This document shows positions 28,808 to 37,846 of a stretch of DNA of 64,000 bases, in pieces. Under the pieces are notes generated by a model, which worked only from the letters and a program-made list of their open reading frames with translations, did not search any database and had not been told where the DNA came from. Every line of letters starts with the position of its first letter. The first letter of the stretch is position 1. A program made the translations under genes and the position numbers. The DNA lies in assembly GCA_963666515.2 (NCBI GenBank), contig OY762897.2, positions 1,856,001 to 1,920,000 on the forward strand, read 5' to 3'. The stretch is from Candidatus Binatia bacterium. Lineage in GTDB: Bacteria; Desulfobacterota; Binatia; UBA9968; JAJDTQ01.

Positions 28808-29506
28808 ATGAACCAACGGATCGTCAAGATAGCAGTGGTCGTGCTGGTGGCGGCCCTCATCGCGGCCTTCTTCATCTTCGATCTCGGACGGTACTTCGAC
28901 CTCGAATTCATCAAGGCCCAGCGCGACGCCTACCAGGCCTACTACCAGCACAACCCGGTCATCACCATCGGGGCGTACGCCGCCATCTACATCGCGGTGA
29001 CGGCGCTCTCGCTTCCGGGCGCGGCGATCATGACCCTGCTGGGCGGCGCGCTCTTCGGGGTGGTCACGGGCACCATCATCGTGTCGTTCTGCAGCACCAT
29101 CGGCGCCACCCTGGCGTTCCTGGTGGCGCGCCTTCTGCTGCGGGACAGCATCCAGAGCAAGTTCGGAGACAAGCTGGAGACCATCAACAACGGCATTGCC
29201 AGAGAGGGCATGTTCTACCTCTTCACCATGCGGCTGATCCCGGCGATCCCCTTCTTCGTCATCAATCTCGTCATGGGGCTCACGCCCATCCGCACGGTGC
29301 AGTTCTTCTTCGTCAGCCAGCTCGGGATGTTTCCGGGCACCATCGTCTTCGTCAACGCGGGAACCCAGCTGGCCCGGATCGATTCCCTGGCGGGCATCCT
29401 CTCGCCCACGCTGCTGCTCTCGTTCGTACTGCTCGGGCTGTTCCCGCTCATCGCCAAGAAATCCATCGAGCTGGTCAACAAGAGAAGGCAGGCCAAGGCG
29501 TCTTGA
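28808..29506 (+). CDS. TVP38/TMEM64 (DedA superfamily) membrane protein
   Basis: ALSLPGA, GATLAFL, MRLIPAIPFFVINL, GMFPGT. Confidence 0.9.
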   Translation: MNQRIVKIAVVVLVAALIAAFFIFDLGRYFDLEFIKAQRDAYQAYYQHNPVITIGAYAAIYIAVTALSLPGAAIMTLLGGALFGVVTGTIIVSFCSTIGATLAFLVARLLLRDSIQSKFGDKLETINNGIAREGMFYLFTMRLIPAIPFFVINLVMGLTPIRTVQFFFVSQLGMFPGTIVFVNAGTQLARIDSLAGILSPTLLLSFVLLGLFPLIAKKSIELVNKRRQAKAS

Positions 29507-29562
29507 CGCGCGCGCCCGCAAGCGCCGCCGCAGACGACGGCAAGCCCCCGGAGAACGGAGTC

Positions 29563-31092
29563 ATGCGCAACATTCCACAACTGTCGCCGCAGGATGAATA
29601 CAACCGGGTGCTGGGCGCCAACACGCACCCCGCGGACTGGACCAATCCCACCCCGGCCGGCCGCTACAACCTGGTGGTGATCGGCGCCGGCACGGCCGGG
29701 CTGGTAACCGCGGCGGGCGCCGCCGGCCTCGGCGCCAAGGTCGCCCTGATCGAGCGCCACTACATGGGCGGCGACTGCCTGAACGTGGGCTGCGTGCCGT
29801 CCAAGTGCATCATCCGCTCCTCCCGCGTGGTGGCCGAGATACGCGACGCTGAGCTGTTCGGCATCGGCCGGACGGACGGCATGCAGGTGGACTTCGCCGC
29901 TGTCATGGAACGCATGCGCCGGATACGCTCCCACATCAGCCACCACGACTCGGTGAAGCGCTTCAGCGAGTTGGGGGTGGACGTGTTCCTGGGTGACGCC
30001 AGCTTCACCGGCCCGGAGACGGTGGAAGTGGACGGCCGGTCCCTGCGCTTCAAGAAGGCGGTCATCGCCTCCGGCGCCCGGGCGGTGGCGCCGCATCCGC
30101 CCATCGAAGGGATCGAGGAGGCCGGCTACCTCACCAACGAGACCGTCTTCTCCCTCACGGAGCGCCCGGAACGGCTGGCGGTCATCGGCGCCGGCCCCAT
30201 CGGCTGCGAGCTGGCCCAGACCTTCCAGCGCCTGGGCTGCCAGGTGGTGCTGTTCCACAACGGCGGCCACATCCTCAACCGCGAGGACGCCGACGCCGCG
30301 GACATCGTGCAGCAACAGTTCCTGCGGGAGGGCATTCAACTGGTGCTCAACAGCGCCATCACCCGCGTGGCCGCGGAGAACGGCCGCAAGGTGGTCCATT
30401 TCGAGGCCGACGGCAACGCCGACTCGGTGACGGTGGACGAGGTCCTGGTGGGAGCCGGGCGGGCGCCCAACGTGGACGGCCTGAACCTCGAAGGCGTAGG
30501 AGTCGAGTTCCACCCGTTCCGCGGCGTGGTGGTCAACGACTACCTCCAGACCACCAACCCGCGCATCTTCGCCGGCGGCGACGTGTGCATGGACTGGAAG
30601 TTCACCCACGCCGCGGACGCGGCCGCGCGCATCATCATCCAGAACGCCCTCTTCTACAAGAGCAAGAAGCTCAGCTCGCTGATCATGCCCTGGGCCACCT
30701 ACACGGACCCGGAGATCGCCCACGTGGGCATGTACGAACGCGACGCCGAGAGCAAGGGCATCGCCATCGACACCTTCACGCGGGAACTCAAGGAAGTAGA
30801 CCGGGCGCTGGCGGACGGCGAGGAGGAAGGCTTCGTCAAGATCCACGTCCTGAAGGGCAAGGACAAGATCGTCGGCGGCACCATCGTGGCGCGCCACGCC
30901 GGCGAGATGATCAGCGAGATCACCCTGGCCATGGCCGGAAAGGTCGGCCTCGGCGCCATCGCCAACGTCATCCACCCCTACCCCACCCAGGCCGAGGCCA
31001 TCAAGCAGACCGGCGACGCCTTCAACCGCACCCGGCTGACGCCCCTGGTGAAGAAGGTCTTTCAGCGCTGGCTGGCGTGGAGCCGGCGGTAG
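29563..31092 (+). CDS. Class I pyridine nucleotide-disulfide oxidoreductase (mercuric reductase/LpdA-like)
   Basis: GAGTAG, GGDCLNVGCVPSK, GAGPIG, HPYPTQAE; no MerA C-terminal CC pair. Confidence 0.9.
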   Translation: MRNIPQLSPQDEYNRVLGANTHPADWTNPTPAGRYNLVVIGAGTAGLVTAAGAAGLGAKVALIERHYMGGDCLNVGCVPSKCIIRSSRVVAEIRDAELFGIGRTDGMQVDFAAVMERMRRIRSHISHHDSVKRFSELGVDVFLGDASFTGPETVEVDGRSLRFKKAVIASGARAVAPHPPIEGIEEAGYLTNETVFSLTERPERLAVIGAGPIGCELAQTFQRLGCQVVLFHNGGHILNREDADAADIVQQQFLREGIQLVLNSAITRVAAENGRKVVHFEADGNADSVTVDEVLVGAGRAPNVDGLNLEGVGVEFHPFRGVVVNDYLQTTNPRIFAGGDVCMDWKFTHAADAAARIIIQNALFYKSKKLSSLIMPWATYTDPEIAHVGMYERDAESKGIAIDTFTRELKEVDRALADGEEEGFVKIHVLKGKDKIVGGTIVARHAGEMISEITLAMAGKVGLGAIANVIHPYPTQAEAIKQTGDAFNRTRLTPLVKKVFQRWLAWSRR

Positions 31093-31103
31093 CGGCGGAC
31101 CCG

Positions 31104-32780
31104 CTATTTCCCCTTCAGCCGCCGGCCGAGCGCGATCAGGAACATGACGCTCTTGCCGGCGGCATGGGGCGAGAAGAAAGCGGTCACGTCGTCGTCGAAG
31201 AAGGTCAGACCCGAGGCGCCGAAGCCCTGGGCGTAGGCCGCCAGGTAGAGGCGGCCGGCGGTGATGCTGGCCTCCATCTGCGCCAGGCGGTAGCCGCGGT
31301 TGCCGTAGCGCTGCAGCACTTCGTCGAGGTCGGTGAGAAAGTAGACGTTGACGCTGGCGTCGGCAGGGATCTCCTGCCTCAGGCCGAGGAAGCCGGCCTC
31401 CCGGCGGAACTCGCCTTCCTTCAGAAGTTGAAGGCACGCCCGTTCACGGTCCAGCACGTAGGCGCCGGAGGGCAGGTCGTCCACGTTGTTGACAATGAGG
31501 TAGAGGTGGTTGAACGGTTGCGAGCCGCCGGGGTCCACGTCCGTGGCGACGCCTCGGGTAGCGTAGTGGAGGGCGTTGGACAACTGGGCGAAGGTGATGG
31601 AGTCGTGCGAGAAATGCCGGGTCGAGCCGCGGCGCACGATCACCTGCTCGATGCCGGCGGCGGGGAGTGACCCCGCGGGCTCGACATCCAGGGGCAGCTC
31701 GCGTGCGACGGTTGCGCCGGTATCCACTTCGGATGTCCGAGCAGTTTTCGCCGCCTCTGTCCGCGCAGACTCCGCATCGCCCGTCCCGGCAGCGCCGGTC
31801 TCGCCCGTTTCCCCTTCCCGCCAGCGCCGGACCTCGGCGCCGCCTGGACCCCGGATCAAGTCCGGGGTGACGTTTGAGTCTTCCCCTTCCCGCCAACTCC
31901 GGGCCTCCTCGCCGCTGCCGAGACTCGACGCCGCGTGCATCTCCCGGATGGACGGATAGTCCACTTCTCGGCGGGACAACGGCCGCGTGGCGTAGTCCAG
32001 GGGCGGCAAGGTCTCGCCGGACGGCGCCGTGGGCGAACCCTGACGGCCCACGGGCACGAGGCACAAGGCCGCCTCCTTGGCGGGGTCGAGACCCAGCAGG
32101 TGGTTCACCGATGCGTCGGCGAACCCCATGACCACGCGGGCGGGGATGTCTCGCGCGGTGGCCGCCGCCAGGAAATTCGCGAGCATGGTGCCGCCGTCCC
32201 AGAAACAGTGGCGGTAGGCGCGGTCGCGGTACTTCCAGCTATTGCGCCAGAACGTGGAGGCGAAGACCAGGATGAGCGGGGCATGGGCCACCGCCGGCTC
32301 CCCGCCGGCGGCTTCCACCAGCGCCTCCCGGTGGTCGCCCGGCCGCAAGGGGGTCAGGGCGAAGCGTTCGGGCGCGAAATGGTAGACGCCGGCATCGAGA
32401 TCGGCCAGCGGCCCGGCGACGACGTAGACGTCGATATGGTAGAGCGCGCCCGTGCACGCGGCCGCCCGGAAGAGCATCTCGCCGCCGAAATAGCGCCGGC
32501 GGCGGGTGACGCCGGCGCACAGAAACAGCAGCTCGCCAAGCTCCTGGCGGGTGACCCCACACTCGCCCTGCGGTGCGGACCGAGACAGGGCCGCCAGCGC
32601 GGAGACGCGGGACGACCCCAGGTGCTGCTCCAGCGGCAGCGCCTCCAGGTCCTCGTAGACCTTAAAGGGGTGAGGCTGGTTGTCCCAGTCGAGGTAGTGG
32701 GGGCCGCTGCGGATGCTGACGAGAGAGTGCTTGGTCCGCTCGTGATAGTCCCGGGCGGATGCGATGTCCTGATTACCCAT
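31104..32780 (-). CDS. SagB/ThcOx family double-domain nitroreductase with a low-complexity/REP insertion
   Basis: YHERTKHS, LDWDNQP, RAAACTGALYH, WKYRDRAYR, RRGSTR, GLTFFDD. Confidence 0.88.
   Translation of the reverse strand: MGNQDIASARDYHERTKHSLVSIRSGPHYLDWDNQPHPFKVYEDLEALPLEQHLGSSRVSALAALSRSAPQGECGVTRQELGELLFLCAGVTRRRRYFGGEMLFRAAACTGALYHIDVYVVAGPLADLDAGVYHFAPERFALTPLRPGDHREALVEAAGGEPAVAHAPLILVFASTFWRNSWKYRDRAYRHCFWDGGTMLANFLAAATARDIPARVVMGFADASVNHLLGLDPAKEAALCLVPVGRQGSPTAPSGETLPPLDYATRPLSRREVDYPSIREMHAASSLGSGEEARSWREGEDSNVTPDLIRGPGGAEVRRWREGETGETGAAGTGDAESARTEAAKTARTSEVDTGATVARELPLDVEPAGSLPAAGIEQVIVRRGSTRHFSHDSITFAQLSNALHYATRGVATDVDPGGSQPFNHLYLIVNNVDDLPSGAYVLDRERACLQLLKEGEFRREAGFLGLRQEIPADASVNVYFLTDLDEVLQRYGNRGYRLAQMEASITAGRLYLAAYAQGFGASGLTFFDDDVTAFFSPHAAGKSVMFLIALGRRLKGK
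31843..31872 (+). repeat. REP-like family A variant inside a CDS
   Basis: CCTGGACCCCGGATCAAGTCCGGGGTGACG between 15-bp direct repeats TTCCCCTTCCCGCCA (31809, 31881). Confidence 0.8.
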
Positions 32781-32816
32781 GGCGCCTCCGGCCTACGTGA
32801 AGGCCCTGGCGGGCCG

Positions 32817-33770
32817 CTACACGGCGATGTTCCAGAACTGTTTGACCAGAGTCCCCAGGACGTAGGTGACGGCCACGGCGCCGAACACCAGGAGAAGGTT
32901 CTGAAGCACCCGCGGGCGAACCTCCATGCCCGACATGACCGACAGCAGCGCGGTCACCAGCACCACCATGCCCCCGCCCACCACGATCGACCACATCGGG
33001 CTGACCGCGCCCAGGAGCACCGGGAAGATGGGGAACATGGCGCCCACGAAGTAGGAGATGCCCACGGCGATGGCGGCCGACAGCGGTCGCGTCTCCTCCG
33101 GCGGCTTCAGCTCGGGGTCGAAGAAGTTGCGCTTGGCGTTCTCGATGCGCTGGACCTCACGCTGGGAACGGGACGAGGCCAGCACCCCTGCGGCCATGGA
33201 GATGGAGCCTGCCACCGCCACCGTGAGGCTCGCCACCACCACGTAGGCGGGATGGCCGAACGAGGCGTAGAAGCCGCTGACGCTGCCCAGCACCTCCACC
33301 AAACCGTCGTTCAGCCCCAGGAAGATGTCGCGCACGCGTTCCGGGTTCATGCGCCTGCCGGTGAGGCCGGCGACGATCTCGTCCTCGTGGCCGAACTCGT
33401 CGCGCAGGATGCCGCGGATGCGCGGACCGTAGGGCGTGTCCTTGTAGCGGTCCCACAGCGCCCAGTACTTCTTGACGCCGTAGATCTCGATGGCTTCCAG
33501 GATGAGGAAGGTCATGGCCACGCCGAAGAAGCGCCGCAAGAGCAGGAGCAGGTTCAGCCGCAGGCGCTGCACCCGGTCCAGCGAGGTGTCCTTGAGGCCG
33601 GCGAAGTCGGCCCAGAAGGCGACGTGGCCCCGCTCCACGGTGACGAGACGGCTCAGGACGTTGTGGACCTCGCCGGTCTCCATCTCGCGGAGCCGCACGT
33701 ACAGGGCCATGTCGAAGGCCTCGTCGCGCGCCACCTTGCGCACCAGCCGGTCGTTTTTCGGTTCCATCAT
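32817..33770 (-). CDS. Ferritin/rubrerythrin-like domain fused to VIT1/CCC1 transporter (MbfA-like architecture)
   Basis: E..ERGH..E..EFGH diiron pattern, then FLGLNDGLVE and AGSISMAAG; ATGA overlap with globin gene. Confidence 0.85.
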   Translation of the reverse strand: MMEPKNDRLVRKVARDEAFDMALYVRLREMETGEVHNVLSRLVTVERGHVAFWADFAGLKDTSLDRVQRLRLNLLLLLRRFFGVAMTFLILEAIEIYGVKKYWALWDRYKDTPYGPRIRGILRDEFGHEDEIVAGLTGRRMNPERVRDIFLGLNDGLVEVLGSVSGFYASFGHPAYVVVASLTVAVAGSISMAAGVLASSRSQREVQRIENAKRNFFDPELKPPEETRPLSAAIAVGISYFVGAMFPIFPVLLGAVSPMWSIVVGGGMVVLVTALLSVMSGMEVRPRVLQNLLLVFGAVAVTYVLGTLVKQFWNIAV

Positions 33771-34195
33771 GAAGTATGGGCGAGCGCCTTGCGCTTGGCC
33801 TCGGCGGGGTCGCAGTCGGAGCCGCGGTCGCGAGTGATCAGGGAGCGGAGGCTCTCGGTGTGCTCCAGCCATGCCGCGCGCACGGCCTCGGGCACCTGGA
33901 ACTCGTCGAGGGTCTCGCGCAGGATCTGCAGGCGGCGGGCGAACTGCCCGCCCATGATGGGATGGGGGGCGTGGGCCTGTTCGAGGGGACGGCCCTGGTA
34001 TTCGATGTCCGCGCCGAGCGCGCGCGCGGTGAACTGGAACTCCAGTTCCTTGATGCGGCCGCGGTCGGCGTTGCGGAAGAAGAACCCGATCATGAGGTCG
34101 TCGAATATCCGGTCGACGAAGACATCGATGACCTCACGCAGGCGCTCGGCGCCTATCTCTTCGTAAAGGGAAGGCGTTGCGTCCTCTCCGGGCAC
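33767..34195 (-). CDS. Group I truncated hemoglobin
   Basis: SLYEEIG, DDLMIGFFF, YQGRPLEQAH (proximal His). Confidence 0.85.
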   Translation of the reverse strand: MPGEDATPSLYEEIGAERLREVIDVFVDRIFDDLMIGFFFRNADRGRIKELEFQFTARALGADIEYQGRPLEQAHAPHPIMGGQFARRLQILRETLDEFQVPEAVRAAWLEHTESLRSLITRDRGSDCDPAEAKRKALAHTS

Positions 34196-34513
34196 CTACT
34201 CGGAGGGGTTGAGCAGCGCGTCCAACTCGCCCCGCTCGTGCAGCTCGTGGACGATGTCGCAGCCGCCGACGAACTGGCCGTCGATGTAGACCTGCGGGAT
34301 GGTGGGCCACTTCGAGTACTGCTTCACGCCCTCCCGGACCGCCGGGTCCGACAGCACGTCGAAGCTCTCGAACTCCGCGTTGTGGGCGCGCAGGATCTCC
34401 ACCGTGTGGGCGGAGAAACCGCACTGCGGGAAATTCGGCGTCCCCTTCATGAAGACCATCACCCGGTTGTTCTTGACCTGCTCTTCGATCCTGCTGAGTG
34501 CGTCATCCGCCAT
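34196..34513 (-). CDS. grxD: Monothiol glutaredoxin Grx4
   Basis: FMKGTP, CGFS, WPTIPQ, GGCDI. Confidence 0.96.
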   Translation of the reverse strand: MADDALSRIEEQVKNNRVMVFMKGTPNFPQCGFSAHTVEILRAHNAEFESFDVLSDPAVREGVKQYSKWPTIPQVYIDGQFVGGCDIVHELHERGELDALLNPSE

Positions 34514-34571
34514 GGCTTCACTCCTTCACTGGTTTCGCACCGGCGCCCGCGTCGCGGGCTCGGCCAATGCG

Positions 34572-34880
34572 TCAGACCTCGACCTCGATGTCCGAACCTT
34601 CCACGCGGACGTTGAACGTGTCGACGCCCGTGTCCGCCGGGGGTCCGGAGGCCTCGCCCGTGGTGATGTCGAACATCGCGCCGTGCCACGGGCACTGGAC
34701 GTCGTTGCCCATCACCTCTCCCTCGGACAGAGGCGCGCCGCGATGCGTGCAGAAGTCGTCGATGGCGTAGAAGTTCCCATCCAGGTTGAACAGCGCGACC
34801 CTGCGGCCGTTGACCTCCACCAGCTTGGGCTTGCCGGGTTCCACCTCATCCGTGGTCGCGACCTTGACGTACTCTGCCAT
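34572..34880 (-). CDS. Rieske [2Fe-2S] ferredoxin
   Basis: CTH...CPWHG. Confidence 0.93.
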   Translation of the reverse strand: MAEYVKVATTDEVEPGKPKLVEVNGRRVALFNLDGNFYAIDDFCTHRGAPLSEGEVMGNDVQCPWHGAMFDITTGEASGPPADTGVDTFNVRVEGSDIEVEV

Positions 34881-34892
34881 GCAATCTCTCCC

Positions 34893-35393
34893 TTATCCGC
34901 GGGCCGCTGCCGCCGAGCCCTTGACCAGCCAGCGCTCCCGCATCACCTTGTCCTGAATCCGCAGAAGGCCCTCGGTCAATGCCTCGGGGCGCGGCGGACA
35001 ACCCGGGACGTACACGTCCACGGGCACGATCTTGTCGACGCCCTTGCACACCGAGTAGGCCATCTGGAACAGGCCGCCGCAATTGGAGCAGCTCCCCATG
35101 GAGATGACGTACTTGGGATCGGGCATCTGATCGTAGAGCAGCCGCGTTCGCTTGGCCATCTTGTAGGTCAGCGTCCCGGCCACGATCATCAGGTCCGACT
35201 GGCGCGGCGTCGCCCGCGGCACGCAACCGAAACGGTCCAGGTCCGCGCGCGGCCCGCCCGTCTGCATCAGCTCGATGGCGCAACAGGCCAGCCCGAACAA
35301 CATGTACCACTGGGACGACGCCCTGCCCCAGTTCAACAGATCGTCGACCCGGGTGGTGAAGACCGTCTCGGGAAGACTGTTGGTAATCGGCAT
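34893..35393 (-). CDS. nuoB: NADH-quinone oxidoreductase subunit B-like protein (orphan)
   Basis: [40 protein letters not shown]; SD AGGAGG. Confidence 0.93.
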   Translation of the reverse strand: MPITNSLPETVFTTRVDDLLNWGRASSQWYMLFGLACCAIELMQTGGPRADLDRFGCVPRATPRQSDLMIVAGTLTYKMAKRTRLLYDQMPDPKYVISMGSCSNCGGLFQMAYSVCKGVDKIVPVDVYVPGCPPRPEALTEGLLRIQDKVMRERWLVKGSAAAARG

Positions 35394-35530
35394 CGGAACC
35401 TCCTGGGTGAAACCGCCGGCGAGATGGCAGTCCTGATGGCGTGTAGCATACAAGCCGCTAGTAAAGATAGACCACCACGATGCGCCTTTCAAGCCCGCGG
35501 ACGGACAGGGCGGACAGGGTGGATTCCGCA

Positions 35531-35555
35531 AGGGCGACCGCGGGTCGCCCCTACA
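35531..35555 (-). repeat. GTAG-type REP (RAYT-associated type), single copy
   Basis: TGTAGGGGCGACCCGCGGTCGCCCT on the minus strand: GTAG foot plus palindrome. Confidence 0.65.
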
Positions 35556-35627
35556 CGTGGTCGCGCCTTGCCGACGACGAGCAGTCCCCCGTTGCTAATT
35601 CCATCCTCGTCCCCTATGAGTGGAACC

Positions 35628-36506
35628 ATGCGGATATGCACCCTCCTGCCGAGCGCGACGGAGATCGCCTTCGCCTTGGGCCTGAGCGACTCGGTGGTGG
35701 CTGTCAGCCACGAATGTGACTTTCCCGCCGCGGCCCGGAAAAAGCCCGTGGTGGTCCGCGGACGCATCGACTCGGACACCTGCACCAGCCGCGAGATCGA
35801 CGCCCAGGTTCAACAGCACATGAGCCGGGGCGAGGGCCTCTACAGCCTGGACCTCGAACTTCTGCGGCAGATCAACCCCGATCTCATCATCACCCAGGGC
35901 CTGTGCGACGTCTGCGCCGTGAGCCGCGACGAGGTCATGACCGCAGCCGGCGCGATGCAACCGCCAGCAAGGGTTCTTTCGCTGTCACCGAGCTCCCTCG
36001 GCGAGGTATTGCGGGACATCGCGCGGGTAGGCGACGCCACCGGAACCTCAAAGCGGGCGGAAACCCTGGTCGAAAGCCTCCGGAAACGCGTGGAGAACGT
36101 CGCCGAGCGGGTTCCGCAACACCGCCCCGGGCCGCGGGTGGCCTGTCTCGAGTGGCTGGATCCCCTGTATGCAGCCGGCCACTGGGTGCCGGAAATGGTG
36201 GAGATGGCAGGCGGAACGGACGTCCTGGCCGCAAAGCACCGGCCCTCGGCCCGGGTGTCCATGGAGACGCTGGCGGAAGCGGCGCCGGAGGTCCTGGTGC
36301 TCATGCCCTGCGGCTTCGACGGGCCCCGTACCCTCAAGGAATGGGAGCCGCTGAAGGACCTCACCGCGTGGCAGGCCATTCCCGCGGTTGCCGACGGCCG
36401 CGTGTTCGCCGTGGACGGCGCCATGTATTTCAACCGTCCCGGACCCCGGCTGGTGGACGGACTGGAGATTCTGGCCCGGCTGATTCATCCGGCGCTGTTC
36501 CAATAG
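35628..36506 (+). CDS. BtuF/TroA-like helical-backbone binding protein without signal peptide
   Basis: MRICTLLPSATE, VSHECDFP, TQGLCDVC, EWLDP, GHWVPEM, FNRPGPRL. Confidence 0.88.
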   Translation: MRICTLLPSATEIAFALGLSDSVVAVSHECDFPAAARKKPVVVRGRIDSDTCTSREIDAQVQQHMSRGEGLYSLDLELLRQINPDLIITQGLCDVCAVSRDEVMTAAGAMQPPARVLSLSPSSLGEVLRDIARVGDATGTSKRAETLVESLRKRVENVAERVPQHRPGPRVACLEWLDPLYAAGHWVPEMVEMAGGTDVLAAKHRPSARVSMETLAEAAPEVLVLMPCGFDGPRTLKEWEPLKDLTAWQAIPAVADGRVFAVDGAMYFNRPGPRLVDGLEILARLIHPALFQ

Positions 36507-36580
36507 GAGACCGGCGTCCTCTCTGTCAGCCAACGCATCCTCGGCGACTTCTTTTTGGGGTAACCCTCTTCCTCACTCCT

Positions 36581-36727
36581 TCACATTTTCAACCAAGCAT
36601 CCCACCATGCCCTCATGTTGCGAGCTTTGCGTCGTCTGTCGTACCAACCTAAAGCTTTCTTGGCACCCCATCCCAAAACTCCCAACACTACACCCGTAAT
36701 AACGAGGGTCAATATGGACTCAACCAT
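36581..36727 (-). CDS. Small single-pass membrane protein (48 aa), absent from the ORF track
   Basis: Manual translation MVESILTLVITGVVLGVLGWGAKKALGWYDRRRKARNMRAWWDAWLKM; GGAGG upstream. Confidence 0.5.
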   Translation of the reverse strand: MVESILTLVITGVVLGVLGWGAKKALGWYDRRRKARNMRAWWDAWLKM

Positions 36728-36848
36728 TGCGTGACGCATCCTCCGCCCCTGTCATTAACTCCCCGCTCCGGCTTCCTCTCTCTCCGGCCTCCAGCGCGCC
36801 GGGATGGCTTCATTGAACTCCTTTCCATCACTGCTCCTTAATCCGGCC

Positions 36849-37436
36849 TTATGCTTCGTGGCGCTTGTAAGAGCGCCTGATTTTCTCCAGCACCTTCTCG
36901 GTGATTTTGACCTTCAGCTCAGTCAACCGCCGCTCCATTTCCCGGAGGTAAATCCTCCGCGCGAAGCGATCAACCAGGGAATTGACCTCCTTCAAGAGAC
37001 CCTCAACGCGGTCTAGCGCCTCCAAACTAAGCCGGCTGCGCTCGTCAAAAAGCTTCCTGTGCTTCTCGATCAGTTCGGTGGGCGCCGGGGTCGATGACGC
37101 AACCGGGTTTCTTGCGAGGGTTTTCCTCCATTCGGCCATGGCCGCATCCAACGCGGCGGAGGCATCTTCCACCGCCTTGTCTAGTTCTTCGGGGACGGCG
37201 TTCTTCCAATCCTCGTAAGCACGTTGGTACTTGGCGTAAAGGGTCGTTTTCTTCACGCCCTTCCAGGCCATTTGACGGGCTTGTTTCCGGGTCTCTTTGC
37301 TGATTTCCCGGATCGTGATTTCCAGTTCCATCTCTGCCACGAGATCATCGGAACGATTATCTTGGGCCTCGGTGATATTCGGCGTGCCGGCCAGGAAACA
37401 TGTCACGAAAACGGTGGTGAGGAAGCGCTTCAGCAT
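36849..37436 (-). CDS. Secreted alpha-helical hypothetical protein
   Basis: Signal peptide MLKRFLTTVFVTCFLAG...EAQ; coiled, charged mature region. Confidence 0.7.
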   Translation of the reverse strand: MLKRFLTTVFVTCFLAGTPNITEAQDNRSDDLVAEMELEITIREISKETRKQARQMAWKGVKKTTLYAKYQRAYEDWKNAVPEELDKAVEDASAALDAAMAEWRKTLARNPVASSTPAPTELIEKHRKLFDERSRLSLEALDRVEGLLKEVNSLVDRFARRIYLREMERRLTELKVKITEKVLEKIRRSYKRHEA

Positions 37437-37800
37437 GCTGATGTCCTGTCCCTCAAATGAGTTGACTTATTCACGGAATGTTGACTAACCGGTTGAATTA
37501 TAGGGGATTATGGTTTCAGATATCGACACCGGCGGCGGGTTGATCTCAGCCTCGACGTGCTCCGTGACCACGCTGATCGACCTTTTTCCCTTTTATCACT
37601 CAGATTCAGGGCGCGCTAGTCGTACTTCTTGAACCGCTATCGTCGACGGCCTTGCATGCGGCGAGAGACCTCCACTGCTGATCTTGGTCATGCATGCGCT
37701 CGTACACCCTCCGGTCTTCCTCCACCAGATCCGGCAGGCTCTCTTATCAGTCCGCCATCCTGCGTCCCACGCCCTTAAACGCAAGACAAAGAGGCTCCGA

Positions 37801-37836
37801 TATGTCCTTGACTTCATACTCTGGTGGCATTACCCT
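37801..37836 (+). promoter_or_regulatory. Putative promoter/operator of higBA
   Basis: TTGACT(37808)-17 nt-TACCCT; TATG...CATA inverted ends over the -35; ATG only 10 nt past the -10, suggesting a near-leaderless mRNA. Confidence 0.4.
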
Positions 37837-37846
37837 CCTTTCGTGA

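Noticed and set aside
29563-31092. True mercuric reductase MerA, or 2-ketopropyl-CoM carboxylase
   Set aside because: No C-terminal Cys-Cys pair or mer genes; keeps the canonical HPYPTQAE His-Glu dyad that 2-KPCC lacks
31104-32780. TOMM/RiPP biosynthetic cluster around the SagB-like gene
   Set aside because: No YcaO, no Cys/Ser/Thr-rich precursor peptide and no dedicated exporter nearby
35394-35627. Cobalamin riboswitch upstream of the BtuF-like gene
   Set aside because: No recognisable B12-box core; the only clear hairpin is a REP. An Rfam scan would be decisive
37596-37817. Short ORFs upstream of higB
   Set aside because: No SD or motif, overlapping frames; probably decayed sequence or promoter region
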